The position numbers and the translations under genes were made by a program. 20,000 nucleotides of DNA from an uncultured virus (IMG/VR IMGVR_UViG_3300020037_004263) (taxonomy: Duplodnaviria > Heunggongvirae > Uroviricota > Caudoviricetes), in the IMG/VR virus record IMGVR_UViG_3300020037_004263. One strand, given 5' to 3'. The notes under the pieces were generated by a model. The model had not been told where the DNA came from and searched no databases. It saw only the letters and a list, made by a program, of their open reading frames with translations. This document shows, in pieces, positions 1-7,725 of this stretch (positions within the stretch are counted from its first letter, which is position 1; every line of letters starts with the position of its first letter).

Positions 1-661
1 AGCTGTCTTCGATCCGTTCAAGACCGGTTCGACGTTCACCGGTCCAGAGATGCAAATAATCAAACGCGATCTTGAAAAGATCAAACGCAACTACCGTAAC
101 GACCCAAGGGGGGAAGCCGTCAGGAAAGCAGTCGACGAAGTGAAAGACGCTGTATTCGGCATATTCCGCCGACAGACGCCGGAGGTGGTCCCTGACTACC
201 AAAAGGCCGACATGGCCTATCGCAGGCTCTCAACGGTCGAGGACGCCGTGCTCGCAGGCAAGAACACCAAAGGCAAATTCACCCCTGCGCAGCTCGGGAC
301 GGCCGACAGGGCGTCAACTGTCAAGTTCGAGGGCAAGCGCGCAGCGGCGCGTGGCGACAGTCCGTTCCATGACTTCCAGCGCGACGCGCAGAACGTCCTG
401 CCGAACGAGGTGCCCGACAGCGGCACTGCGGGACGTCTGGCGGCGGGCATGCCTGCCACGGCAGCTGGGCTGACGCTGGCGGGCATTCTCGGCGCGGCTT
501 ACACCAAGGCCGGGCAACGGCTCCTGACCAAGCCCGGTCGCGGCGTCGAGAACGAGATGCTGAAGAAGGCGCTTACCGACGAAAGAACCCGCCTACTGCT
601 CGGTAAAGCGGGAGCAGGAACCGGGGCGGCTCTCGGGCTGGGAACATATCCCGGCCCGTGA
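1..661 (+). CDS. C-terminal part of a probable virion/DNA-ejection (internal) protein, 5'-truncated by window edge
   Basis: Frame is open from position 2 (AVFDPFKTGSTFTGPEM...) to TGA 659-661; Ala/Gly-rich C-terminus with VPDSGTAGRL; converges on the replication block. The CDS is well supported, the function is inferred. Confidence 0.55.
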   Translation, partial: AVFDPFKTGSTFTGPEMQIIKRDLEKIKRNYRNDPRGEAVRKAVDEVKDAVFGIFRRQTPEVVPDYQKADMAYRRLSTVEDAVLAGKNTKGKFTPAQLGTADRASTVKFEGKRAAARGDSPFHDFQRDAQNVLPNEVPDSGTAGRLAAGMPATAAGLTLAGILGAAYTKAGQRLLTKPGRGVENEMLKKALTDERTRLLLGKAGAGTGAALGLGTYPGP

Positions 662-731
662 GGCTCTTGAAGCCGATGACGATCAACGTGTGCAGGAACG
701 CGCCTGCGGCGATAGCCAAGCCGGTGCTCAT
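573..731 (-). CDS. putative 52-aa membrane protein, antisense-overlapping the upstream + gene (not in ORF track)
   Basis: ATG 731 to TAA 573: MSTGLAIAAGAFLHTLIVIGFKSLTGRDMFPAREPPRFLLPLYRAVGGFFRR; N-terminal hydrophobic helix; weak RBS. Confidence 0.45.
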   Translation of the reverse strand: MSTGLAIAAGAFLHTLIVIGFKSLTGRDMFPAREPPRFLLPLYRAVGGFFRR

Positions 732-762
732 CCACGTCACGTAGCACACGCTGCTTACTGTG

Positions 763-969
763 TCAGCTCCGCGTTTTATGGACTCCGGTGGTCGTCGGTG
801 CTCCTTCGCTGACGTGGTCCGGGCAGAGGTGCGTCCCGCCGCTGCAGTACCAGCCCATGTTCATCAGGCCGTGGCCCTCCTGGATGGTCTCGGCCGGCGG
901 CGCCACGATCTCGCAGGCATTGCACTTGATGCCGACGTACTCGCTGGTGATTTCGTCTCGTATGATCAT
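763..969 (-). CDS. small Cys/His (zinc-binding-like) hypothetical protein, 68 aa
   Basis: GGAGGG RBS before ATG 969; CNAC...WYCSGGTHLCPDH pattern. Confidence 0.65.
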   Translation of the reverse strand: MIIRDEITSEYVGIKCNACEIVAPPAETIQEGHGLMNMGWYCSGGTHLCPDHVSEGAPTTTGVHKTRS

Positions 970-980
970 CGCACCCTCCG

Positions 981-1451
981 TTAGTCGCCGCAACCGCGGC
1001 CAATTTTTCCAGTGTCGCGAGCGTCAACGAACTGCTGCCACGGCACCCAGCCTTGCGGACAGGCAAACCCCCATTCACGCACGACAGGGCCGGTCATAAA
1101 CAGCGAAACAACCCGCGCACCAGGCACTACGACAAGGCGATGCAGGCTCTCAGGCTGTCGTTCGACGATGTCGCCCGGTCTGCGCGCAAACTGACCCTCC
1201 GGCGTACACTCGACATAGCTGCCGGCGATGATGACGCTGCGGTTGGCCCACGGATGGTCGTGCATCGCCCGGTCGTCGTCGCTGTGCAGGATTTCGTGCA
1301 GGTAGACGTTGCAGAACGGGTTGCGCGGCACGACCCACCAGCGCCGCAGATAGTTGTCGCCGATGATAAAGTCCGGCTCGCGCGCCATCACGCCCGAAGC
1401 CCAGTCCTGCATACCTTCCAGTGTCGCGCTTGGCATTGTACTACCGCTCAT
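981..1451 (-). CDS. cupin / cysteine-dioxygenase-like phage protein
   Basis: YLRRW, NVYLHEI, SDDDRAMHDHPW, HRL, SLFMTGP, REWGF motifs; ATGA overlap with helicase stop. Confidence 0.75.
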   Translation of the reverse strand: MSGSTMPSATLEGMQDWASGVMAREPDFIIGDNYLRRWWVVPRNPFCNVYLHEILHSDDDRAMHDHPWANRSVIIAGSYVECTPEGQFARRPGDIVERQPESLHRLVVVPGARVVSLFMTGPVVREWGFACPQGWVPWQQFVDARDTGKIGRGCGD

Positions 1452-2809
1452 CCCCGTCTCTCCATCGCCGCCAATAAGATGCTCTGTACGCTCCGCTTCG
1501 TCGTCAGCCGCTCGAGCACGTCCTCGTCGATGGTGCCCCGCGCGACGATCCGGTGGACGAATACCGGCCGGTCATACCCGCTCTGTTTCTGCCGCATCGG
1601 CCCGATGCGTTCAATGATTTGTTCGTGCTCTTCGAGGTTCCACGACACCCCGAAGAAGACGATAATATTACCGCCATCCTGCAAATTGATTCCATGCCCG
1701 GCGCTAGCGGGATGGGCGACGAGCATCTGGATATTGCCCTTGTTCCAGTCCTTGATCGTCTGCGGATTGGCGTCGAGGTGGCGGGCACCGGGGAAGCGCT
1801 TCAAAATACGCGCGAGGTCGTGCTTGAAGGTGTAAGCGACGAGGACCGGCATGCCCGCAGCTTCCTCGACGACGCTCTCCAGCGCTTCCAGCTTGGCGTC
1901 GTGCAGATGCTCCCAGTCGCCGCCCTCATTTTTATAGATCGCTCCGTTGCAGATTTGGAGCAATTTTCCGGACTTTACTGCGGCGTTGGCCGCCTCGACG
2001 CCCTCCTCGCCAATCTCGGCGAAGAACTCCTTCTCCATGTCGTCGTAGTGACGGAGTACCTTACCCTTGAGATCGACATAGATCGTGTTGAATACGGGCT
2101 TGTCGACCGGCTCGCCCTTTGTCGTGAGGCAGATGTCCTTGAGCGCGGTCTGGATCTCGTCCTGCGCGTGGGCCATCGGCTCCAGTGTAAAGCCGTCGTA
2201 GCCGCGTCGGAACCAACGCTGCTCGAAGGCGCTGAATGAGTGGCCGAGGCGCTGGCCCTTGTCGAGGAACCAGCTCTGCCCCCAAAGGTCCTTGAGGCCG
2301 TTGCCCGCCGGCGTGCCGGTCAGGCCGATGAACCGCTCAACCTTGTCATGGGCGACCTTGCCGAGCGCAGCCGCGTTCTTGCCGCCCTGCCGCAGCCGGA
2401 ACGACTTGAGGCGGCTGAGCTCGTCGGCGACGACCGTCCTGAACGGCCAGTCCTTGCCGAGCGTATCGACCAGCCAGACGAGGTTGTCGTAGGAGCAGCA
2501 GTAGATGTCGGCCGGGACGTGCAGCGCGGCTGCGCGCTCCGCAGCGCTGCCGGTGGCCACCGAGACGCGCAGGTGCTGGCTGAAGGCCCACTTCTCGACC
2601 TCAGCTGTCCATGTCGACTGGATGACCCGCTTCGGCCCGAGGATGAGCGCGGGGAAGACTTCTTCGAACGTGTCGAGATCGCAGAGCGCCTTGAGCGTCG
2701 AGACCGACTTGCCGCCGCCCAGACGCATCCACAGCGCTGCGCGCGGGGTCGCGTGCAGGAAGCGGATCGCCTCGCGCTGGTCGTCGTGGGGGACGAAGGG
2801 GCGGCTCAT
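1448..2809 (-). CDS. SNF2-family (SF2) DNA helicase
   Basis: Walker A-like LGGGKS, Walker B VADELS, LTGTP, HPASAGHGINLQDGG, QIIERI; start moved to ATG 2809 (ATGA overlap with upstream stop). Confidence 0.92.
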   Translation of the reverse strand: MSRPFVPHDDQREAIRFLHATPRAALWMRLGGGKSVSTLKALCDLDTFEEVFPALILGPKRVIQSTWTAEVEKWAFSQHLRVSVATGSAAERAAALHVPADIYCCSYDNLVWLVDTLGKDWPFRTVVADELSRLKSFRLRQGGKNAAALGKVAHDKVERFIGLTGTPAGNGLKDLWGQSWFLDKGQRLGHSFSAFEQRWFRRGYDGFTLEPMAHAQDEIQTALKDICLTTKGEPVDKPVFNTIYVDLKGKVLRHYDDMEKEFFAEIGEEGVEAANAAVKSGKLLQICNGAIYKNEGGDWEHLHDAKLEALESVVEEAAGMPVLVAYTFKHDLARILKRFPGARHLDANPQTIKDWNKGNIQMLVAHPASAGHGINLQDGGNIIVFFGVSWNLEEHEQIIERIGPMRQKQSGYDRPVFVHRIVARGTIDEDVLERLTTKRSVQSILLAAMERRG

Positions 2810-3432
2810 ACGTAGTCGGCGCCCCAGTAGTCGCTGGCGCGCTCCAAGCGCTTGCGACAGGGCGGAATCCAACCGAACCGGGTGCCGTCGCCGAAGTTGT
2901 CCCAGATCACCCAGCAGTAGGCCGTGGCAGTCGAGCCGGTCTGTGTCAGGACGCCCTTGTGCATCACGACGCGCTCGGTGAACTGCAGGATCCACGACGG
3001 CGGCTCGTACAGGAACAGCTTCTCGTAGCGCCCGACGCTCTCCAGAAAGGCCGTGCGGACCAGCACGGCGGCGTTACGGCTGTCCCACCGGGCGCGCTGG
3101 ATGAATGCCTCGGCCAGCTTGAACGGCGGGTTGGTGATCGTCCAATCGACCGTGTCGCCTTGGCAGGCGAGATAGTCCATTACCGGGAACCCGGCGCCGT
3201 AGTCGTGGATATCGAACGCATCGACGCTCTTGAAATACTCGCGCAGCGGCCGGACCATGTGGCCTCGATTCGCCGACGGCTCGCGGCAGGTCTGATCCTT
3301 GAGCGAGCCGCGCTGGTCGACGATCCACTCGCACAGCGCCCGCGTCGCCCAAGGCGGCGTTGGGAAGTCGTCGGGACTATCTTTCGGCTCCGTGCGCTGC
3401 TGCATGACCGCTGAGGACGTATTCTGGACCAC
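2806..3432 (-). CDS. DNA amino-methyltransferase (N6-adenine or N4-cytosine)
   Basis: DDFPTPPWATRAL, SAM-binding EPSANRGHM, catalytic ITNPPF, TATAYCW; GTG 3432 overlaps upstream TAG. Confidence 0.85.
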   Translation of the reverse strand: MVQNTSSAVMQQRTEPKDSPDDFPTPPWATRALCEWIVDQRGSLKDQTCREPSANRGHMVRPLREYFKSVDAFDIHDYGAGFPVMDYLACQGDTVDWTITNPPFKLAEAFIQRARWDSRNAAVLVRTAFLESVGRYEKLFLYEPPSWILQFTERVVMHKGVLTQTGSTATAYCWVIWDNFGDGTRFGWIPPCRKRLERASDYWGADYV

Positions 3433-3962
3433 TACAACTTGATCCCCTGCCTGAGCGCCGCCGACACAGCCACGGCCTGCGCGATGGCGTCGTCGAGCGC
3501 GTTGTGGTGCGTGCCCTTGCTCCTGAGCGGCTTGCGGTTGTTCAACGCCAGCACGGTCCGGCAACAGCGCACGTTCCAGAAATCCCATGGCGCTTCGAGC
3601 ATCACCGCAGCGATGGCCGACTTGAGCAGCACCTCGTCGAAGTTGGCCCCGTGCGACCAGATCGTCTCACCGCCGACCGCGTCCCACCACTTGAAGAAGT
3701 CGAGCAGCACCGTCGTCAGCGGCTGCTGGTCGGGCTCAAGGGCCGCTCGCGCCTCGGGAGACTGGTCGTCCCACCACTTGGTTGTCTCGGGGTCCACGAC
3801 CAGCCCTACGGCCTCGCAGGACCCCCTCGTGATGTTCCTGTAGAAGGTCTGCGGTGTCTCGCCCGTCTGCAGGACGAACGTGCAGGCACCGATCGAACGG
3901 AGCGCGGAGCCGGGGGCGGTACCCCACGTCTCGAGGTCGAGCATGATATTTTTACCGGCCAT
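3432..3962 (-). CDS. DEDDh 3'-5' exonuclease (DUF5051 / exonuclease VIII-like)
   Basis: MLDLETWG (ExoI), WSHGANFD (ExoII), HHNALDDA (ExoIII). Confidence 0.88.
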   Translation of the reverse strand: MAGKNIMLDLETWGTAPGSALRSIGACTFVLQTGETPQTFYRNITRGSCEAVGLVVDPETTKWWDDQSPEARAALEPDQQPLTTVLLDFFKWWDAVGGETIWSHGANFDEVLLKSAIAAVMLEAPWDFWNVRCCRTVLALNNRKPLRSKGTHHNALDDAIAQAVAVSAALRQGIKL

Positions 3963-4239
3963 TCTTCATCTCCTCTACTACCGCATCGGCATCTGCCCGA
4001 TTGCGGACCACAAACACCTTCCAGCCCCGTCCTCGCAGCCTGGCAATCTCGCGCTTCTGCAAGTAGCTCAGAACGTCGTCCCCGGCCTTCACCTCTACCA
4101 GCGCGACGTTCGGGAAGCCGAAGTCGATCAGGCAGTCGGGGGCGCCCCGGCGGTTGACCCATTGCAGCTTACGATACTCGCCTCGGGCGAGGCGCACCTT
4201 GCTTTTAATGTACTGCTGGAGCTTGGCGGCAGGGGTCAT
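3952..4239 (-). CDS. VRR-NUC domain PD-(D/E)XK nuclease
   Basis: RRGAPDCL...LVEVKAG...LSYLQ motif; usual position between PolA and SNF2 helicase. Confidence 0.85.
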   Translation of the reverse strand: MTPAAKLQQYIKSKVRLARGEYRKLQWVNRRGAPDCLIDFGFPNVALVEVKAGDDVLSYLQKREIARLRGRGWKVFVVRNRADADAVVEEMKNGR

Positions 4240-4439
4240 CTGGCGAGGTGCCTCCGTGTTAGAGTCAGTTCCCTGAAGCCTTTGGCTCTGACCCCTTCAA
4301 CAGCGCCCGGAAGGTAGCACACGACCTCGGGCTCCAGTTCGCTCACCCACCTGCCCAGCAGCGCGAGGCGATCGGAATCGAACGAGGCACATCGACTTAC
4401 CCACAGATCCATGAAAATTTCCCTTGAAACCAAAACCAT
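4236..4439 (-). CDS. hypothetical protein, 67 aa
   Basis: Fills the gap exactly: ATG 4 nt after PolA stop, ATGA overlap with VRR-NUC; no recognisable motif. Confidence 0.5.
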   Translation of the reverse strand: MVLVSREIFMDLWVSRCASFDSDRLALLGRWVSELEPEVVCYLPGAVEGVRAKGFRELTLTRRHLAR

Positions 4440-4443
4440 TGTT

Positions 4444-6489
4444 TCAATCCTGTTTCGCGTACCTGAGCATCTCGTGACCCGCCGCAGCGAGCGGCAGGCC
4501 CAGCGACCACGGCGGATTCGTCGCCATGATGGCGCTCAGGCCCTCGGCGGTGTAGTTGTCGTTGTCGGGGGTCTCGGTGATGTTTTCATCATGCACGGGC
4601 AGCAGGATGGCGTATCCGGCCGCCTCAGCGTGCTTGGCGCCGAACTTGAAGACATCGCGAGCCGTGCCCTGAGTGGATTGCTCCCCAAACTTGCCTCCAT
4701 ATGTCTCGATCGTTTCCCATTGCCGGGTGTACTGGTTCAGGCCGTCGTAGCGTATCTGGCTGTCGCTCTTGCCGGTGCCGTCGCACCCGGGGCACATCAC
4801 TTCGGTATCCGCCGCAACGAACGTCTTGCCGGTGCCCTCGCAACGGATGCACTTCGCACCGATCCGGGCGTTCGGGTAGCTGAGGTATCGGCCCGACGGC
4901 AGCCGCAGGCGGAGCCAGGCGCCGCGCATGTCGAACCGTAGCCCGCGCACCTCGAAGGCTTCCTTGGGGAAGCGAATCGCGGCCTTGGCAGCGTCCTCCA
5001 GAGCGTACCACAGACGCACGATGTTCGGGTGAGTCTTGCGCCACGCCTTGACGATGGTGACGGCCTCTTCCTCGGCCATCACGACGCCGTAGTTAGCGCC
5101 CATTTTGGCGAAGGCTCCCGGCCCTCCCTGAAAACCTAGGGCGAGCTCAGGCACCTTACCGTATGCCTGCCGCTCGTCCTTGGTGATGTCCTCCGGCCGC
5201 TTCCGAAGGATGTTCCCGGCGGTCAGTTTATAGATGTCGTGACCCGTTCCTCGATCGAACGAGCGGAAGGCGTCGAGCTTCCAGTCCTCGCCGGCGAGCC
5301 ATGCCAGCACGCGGCCCTCGATGTTGGACAGGTCGGCGACGACCAGCTTCTTGCCTTCGTCGGCGATGAGGCAGCCGCGCACGGCGTTCGAGCACAGCTC
5401 GCTGACATTCTCGTAGAGCAGATCCTCGCAGTCCGCCTTCATGGCACGGATGGCGCGCTCGATCTCCCACGGCCTGAGCGTCGGTCTCGGCAGGTTCTGC
5501 GGCTGGAACAGACGGCCGGCGTCCCGACCCGTGCGGGAGGCCCCGCAGAACTGGATAGTGCCGCGCAGCCGGGCGTCAGACGAGGCGGCCTTGAGCAGCA
5601 CTTTGTACTTGGCCGGTGACGTCGCGGCGGCCTGCTGCCTGATCTCCAGCAGCTCGCGCACCTCGTCGGTGATGTCGTCGCGCTTGAGCGCCGCAGTGAC
5701 GGTGCCCTTGGTTAAATCCGCTGTCTCGAAGTCGTGGGCGTCGGACAGGTGGTCGAGCAGCTTCTGCCGCTGCGTCATGCTGCCGACGGCCCCACCAGTC
5801 AGGTCGGTGGACCGCTTCGCGAGTTCCTTAGACGTGCGCTCGAAAGCGCGCAGGGCAGAGCGCGCAAGGTCCAGGTCGACCTTGACGCCGCGGTCGTTGA
5901 TCTTCTGGTCAAGCAGCCACAGCTCGCGCTCCGACGGCGTGTCGTTCCAGCGGGGGATGCGCTTCAACACCTCGCGCATGGCCTCGATGTCCGAGGCGCC
6001 GTAGCTTTTGAACGCCTCCCACTCGGCCGGGTGTGTCTCGCGCGTCGCCCGGTCCAGCTTTCGATTTTTCCCGAGAGGTTTGCAGAAAAGCTGGATCAGC
6101 TTCTTGCCAGCCTTGTCCTTGGCCTTATCGACCGGGACGCCCAGAACCTCGCATAGCTTGTCCAGCCCGGCCGGCAGGCTGTGCATCAGCGCGAGCACCA
6201 TGGTGTCGGTGATCTTCTCGGTGGGGATGGTGACGCCGCAGTGGCGCAGAACGGTGCGGTCGAACGACGAGTTCTGGATAATGATCTCGTCGGCCTCGTC
6301 GATCATCCACTGCAGCTGCGGGGCGTAGCGCTCCCACTCGTGGGGGCCAGAGACGTCCTCGACATGCACCGGGCCGTCGTCCCAAGCGTGCTGCACGAGC
6401 AGCAGCTCGGCATGCTCAGCATAGGCGTGAACCCCACTTGTGATGGGCACGGTGCTGAACGCCTCAGTATCAAGGTAGAGAGCGGTCAC
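4444..6489 (-). CDS. polA: DNA polymerase family A with 3'-5' exonuclease domain
   Basis: Exo YLDTE, NSSFDR, YGASD; SRTGRDAGRLFQPQNLP; motif A DLSNIEGR; motif B RQAYGKVPELALGF; motif C VHDE; GTG 6489 overlaps upstream TGA. Confidence 0.95.
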   Translation of the reverse strand: MTALYLDTEAFSTVPITSGVHAYAEHAELLLVQHAWDDGPVHVEDVSGPHEWERYAPQLQWMIDEADEIIIQNSSFDRTVLRHCGVTIPTEKITDTMVLALMHSLPAGLDKLCEVLGVPVDKAKDKAGKKLIQLFCKPLGKNRKLDRATRETHPAEWEAFKSYGASDIEAMREVLKRIPRWNDTPSERELWLLDQKINDRGVKVDLDLARSALRAFERTSKELAKRSTDLTGGAVGSMTQRQKLLDHLSDAHDFETADLTKGTVTAALKRDDITDEVRELLEIRQQAAATSPAKYKVLLKAASSDARLRGTIQFCGASRTGRDAGRLFQPQNLPRPTLRPWEIERAIRAMKADCEDLLYENVSELCSNAVRGCLIADEGKKLVVADLSNIEGRVLAWLAGEDWKLDAFRSFDRGTGHDIYKLTAGNILRKRPEDITKDERQAYGKVPELALGFQGGPGAFAKMGANYGVVMAEEEAVTIVKAWRKTHPNIVRLWYALEDAAKAAIRFPKEAFEVRGLRFDMRGAWLRLRLPSGRYLSYPNARIGAKCIRCEGTGKTFVAADTEVMCPGCDGTGKSDSQIRYDGLNQYTRQWETIETYGGKFGEQSTQGTARDVFKFGAKHAEAAGYAILLPVHDENITETPDNDNYTAEGLSAIMATNPPWSLGLPLAAAGHEMLRYAKQD

Positions 6490-7004
6490 ACGTACTCCCA
6501 CCCGGCAACCGGCGGTGCGTAGAGATGCAGCTTGTCGCGCTTGAGCGGCCCTTTCTCCCAGCCCGCCATGACGTAGCAGTAGCCAGTGCGCCTGCGCGCG
6601 GAGACATCGACCTCGGTACGCAGGCGCTCGTCAGGCAGCTCGCCATAGCGCTCGGCCCATTTGGCGTAGGTCATCTCTGTCGCGGCGCGGATGAGATCGC
6701 TGGAGAGACCAGCGCCGAGATTCCGGAACAGCATGTTGCGCCAGACGTAGGTCGCCCTAACGTCGGTCTGAGCCGTGCGCCCGCGCGAGGCACCAGAGCC
6801 TCGGGCCATCGGCGTCTTCTGCCTGACGACTGCCCAGACGGCTTTCCCGCACGGGGTTACGAGCACGATCTCCTGCCCGACGCCCGTGAAGGTCTTCGAT
6901 CCCGGTGTGCGCCGCGAGTAGTGGGGTCCGTGCCCTTCACAGACACCGCAGCCGTCGACCACGTCAAGAGCCCGCCGATCGCTGGATGAACTGAGCAGCC
7001 ACAC
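6486..7004 (-). CDS. conserved phage protein, possible Mom-like (GNAT-fold) DNA modification enzyme
   Basis: HYSRR, FRNLGAGLSSDLIRAA, LRTEVD, TGYCYVMAGW pattern; GTG 7004 just after upstream TAG. The CDS is well supported, the function tentative. Confidence 0.55.
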   Translation of the reverse strand: MWLLSSSSDRRALDVVDGCGVCEGHGPHYSRRTPGSKTFTGVGQEIVLVTPCGKAVWAVVRQKTPMARGSGASRGRTAQTDVRATYVWRNMLFRNLGAGLSSDLIRAATEMTYAKWAERYGELPDERLRTEVDVSARRRTGYCYVMAGWEKGPLKRDKLHLYAPPVAGWEYV

Positions 7005-7006
7005 GG

Positions 7007-7246
7007 CTACAGCACGAAGTTCGGCTGGCCGTCCTTGGCTTTCCACTTGAGGTGAATCCAGCCCGGCGGAACGTAGTGCGAGATGCCATCAGCGTCGAAC
7101 AGCCGGTGACTGCCTCGTTCGCTGACGTGCAGCTGCAAAGGCGTCTTGATCCAGACGTGCCGTCCGTTTTCGAACTCGTACTCTCGCCACGCTTCGCTGG
7201 AGATATCCACGAAAACGAGATCGGTAACGTTGTTGAAGTTTGTCAT
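7007..7246 (-). CDS. hypothetical phage protein, 79 aa
   Basis: ATG 7246; DISSEAWREY, SHRLFDADGISHYVPPGWIHLKW. Confidence 0.75.
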   Translation of the reverse strand: MTNFNNVTDLVFVDISSEAWREYEFENGRHVWIKTPLQLHVSERGSHRLFDADGISHYVPPGWIHLKWKAKDGQPNFVL

Positions 7247-7253
7247 GGTTTTT

Positions 7254-7459
7254 CGCCCTATTCTTGAAGAGAACATGCCGCGAAAGCGTCAGCAACCTGG
7301 CTGCCATTTGGCGGGGATCAACCAGACCGCAGCATGCCCTCTTCAAAAATAGGGCGTTCCGACCGGCTCACATGTCAGGGGAGACAATCGCGGAGTTCAG
7401 GGAGAACCACCGGTCGGAACGCCTTCAGTCTACGCTTGAAAGTGGTCTATTTCAAGCGC
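7254..7459 (-). ncRNA. structured intergenic RNA element of three stem-loops (family unknown)
   Basis: Stems 7254-7283/7327-7356 (30 bp, 5 G-U), 7353-7367/7409-7423 (14 WC + 1 G-U), 7432-7441/7450-7459 (9 WC + 1 G-U); wobbles work only on the minus strand. Confidence 0.65.
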
Positions 7460-7467
7460 TTTCGTCG

Positions 7468-7725
7468 TCACACGTACTGCAAGCCGATGGCCCGCTCGTA
7501 CGTTTCGATCAACTCGTCGAGCGTGGTCCGCTCGTCCTTGTCCATCTTCATCCGCGCGTAGACCTTGCGCATGATCTTGGTGTCGTAGCCGAGCGCCTTG
7601 GCCTCCGCGTAGATATCCTTGATGTCGTCCGCCGCGGCCTGCTTCTCCTCGTCGCGGTTGCCGATGCGCTCGAAGAACTGCTTGAGGCGTTTATCCTCGT
7701 CGCCGTTGTGACCGATGCCCGCCAT
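7468..7725 (-). CDS. DUF2312/UPF0335 GapR-like DNA-binding protein
   Basis: GIGHN, RLKQFFERI, EEKQAAADDIKDIYAEAKALGYDTKIMRK, ELIETYERAIG. Confidence 0.9.
   Translation of the reverse strand: MAGIGHNGDEDKRLKQFFERIGNRDEEKQAAADDIKDIYAEAKALGYDTKIMRKVYARMKMDKDERTTLDELIETYERAIGLQYV

Noticed and set aside
2810..3588. Extended starts in the ORF track for helicase (2995) and methyltransferase (3588); likewise 6501, 7046, 10272, 15964, 16586, 18643
   Set aside because: Extensions overlap upstream genes heavily; downstream starts have stop-start coupling or an RBS
7254..7459. Intergenic hairpins as tRNA, CRISPR array or MITE
   Set aside because: No cloverleaf or T-loop, no repeat-spacer periodicity; strand-specific G-U pairs argue against DNA terminal inverted repeats
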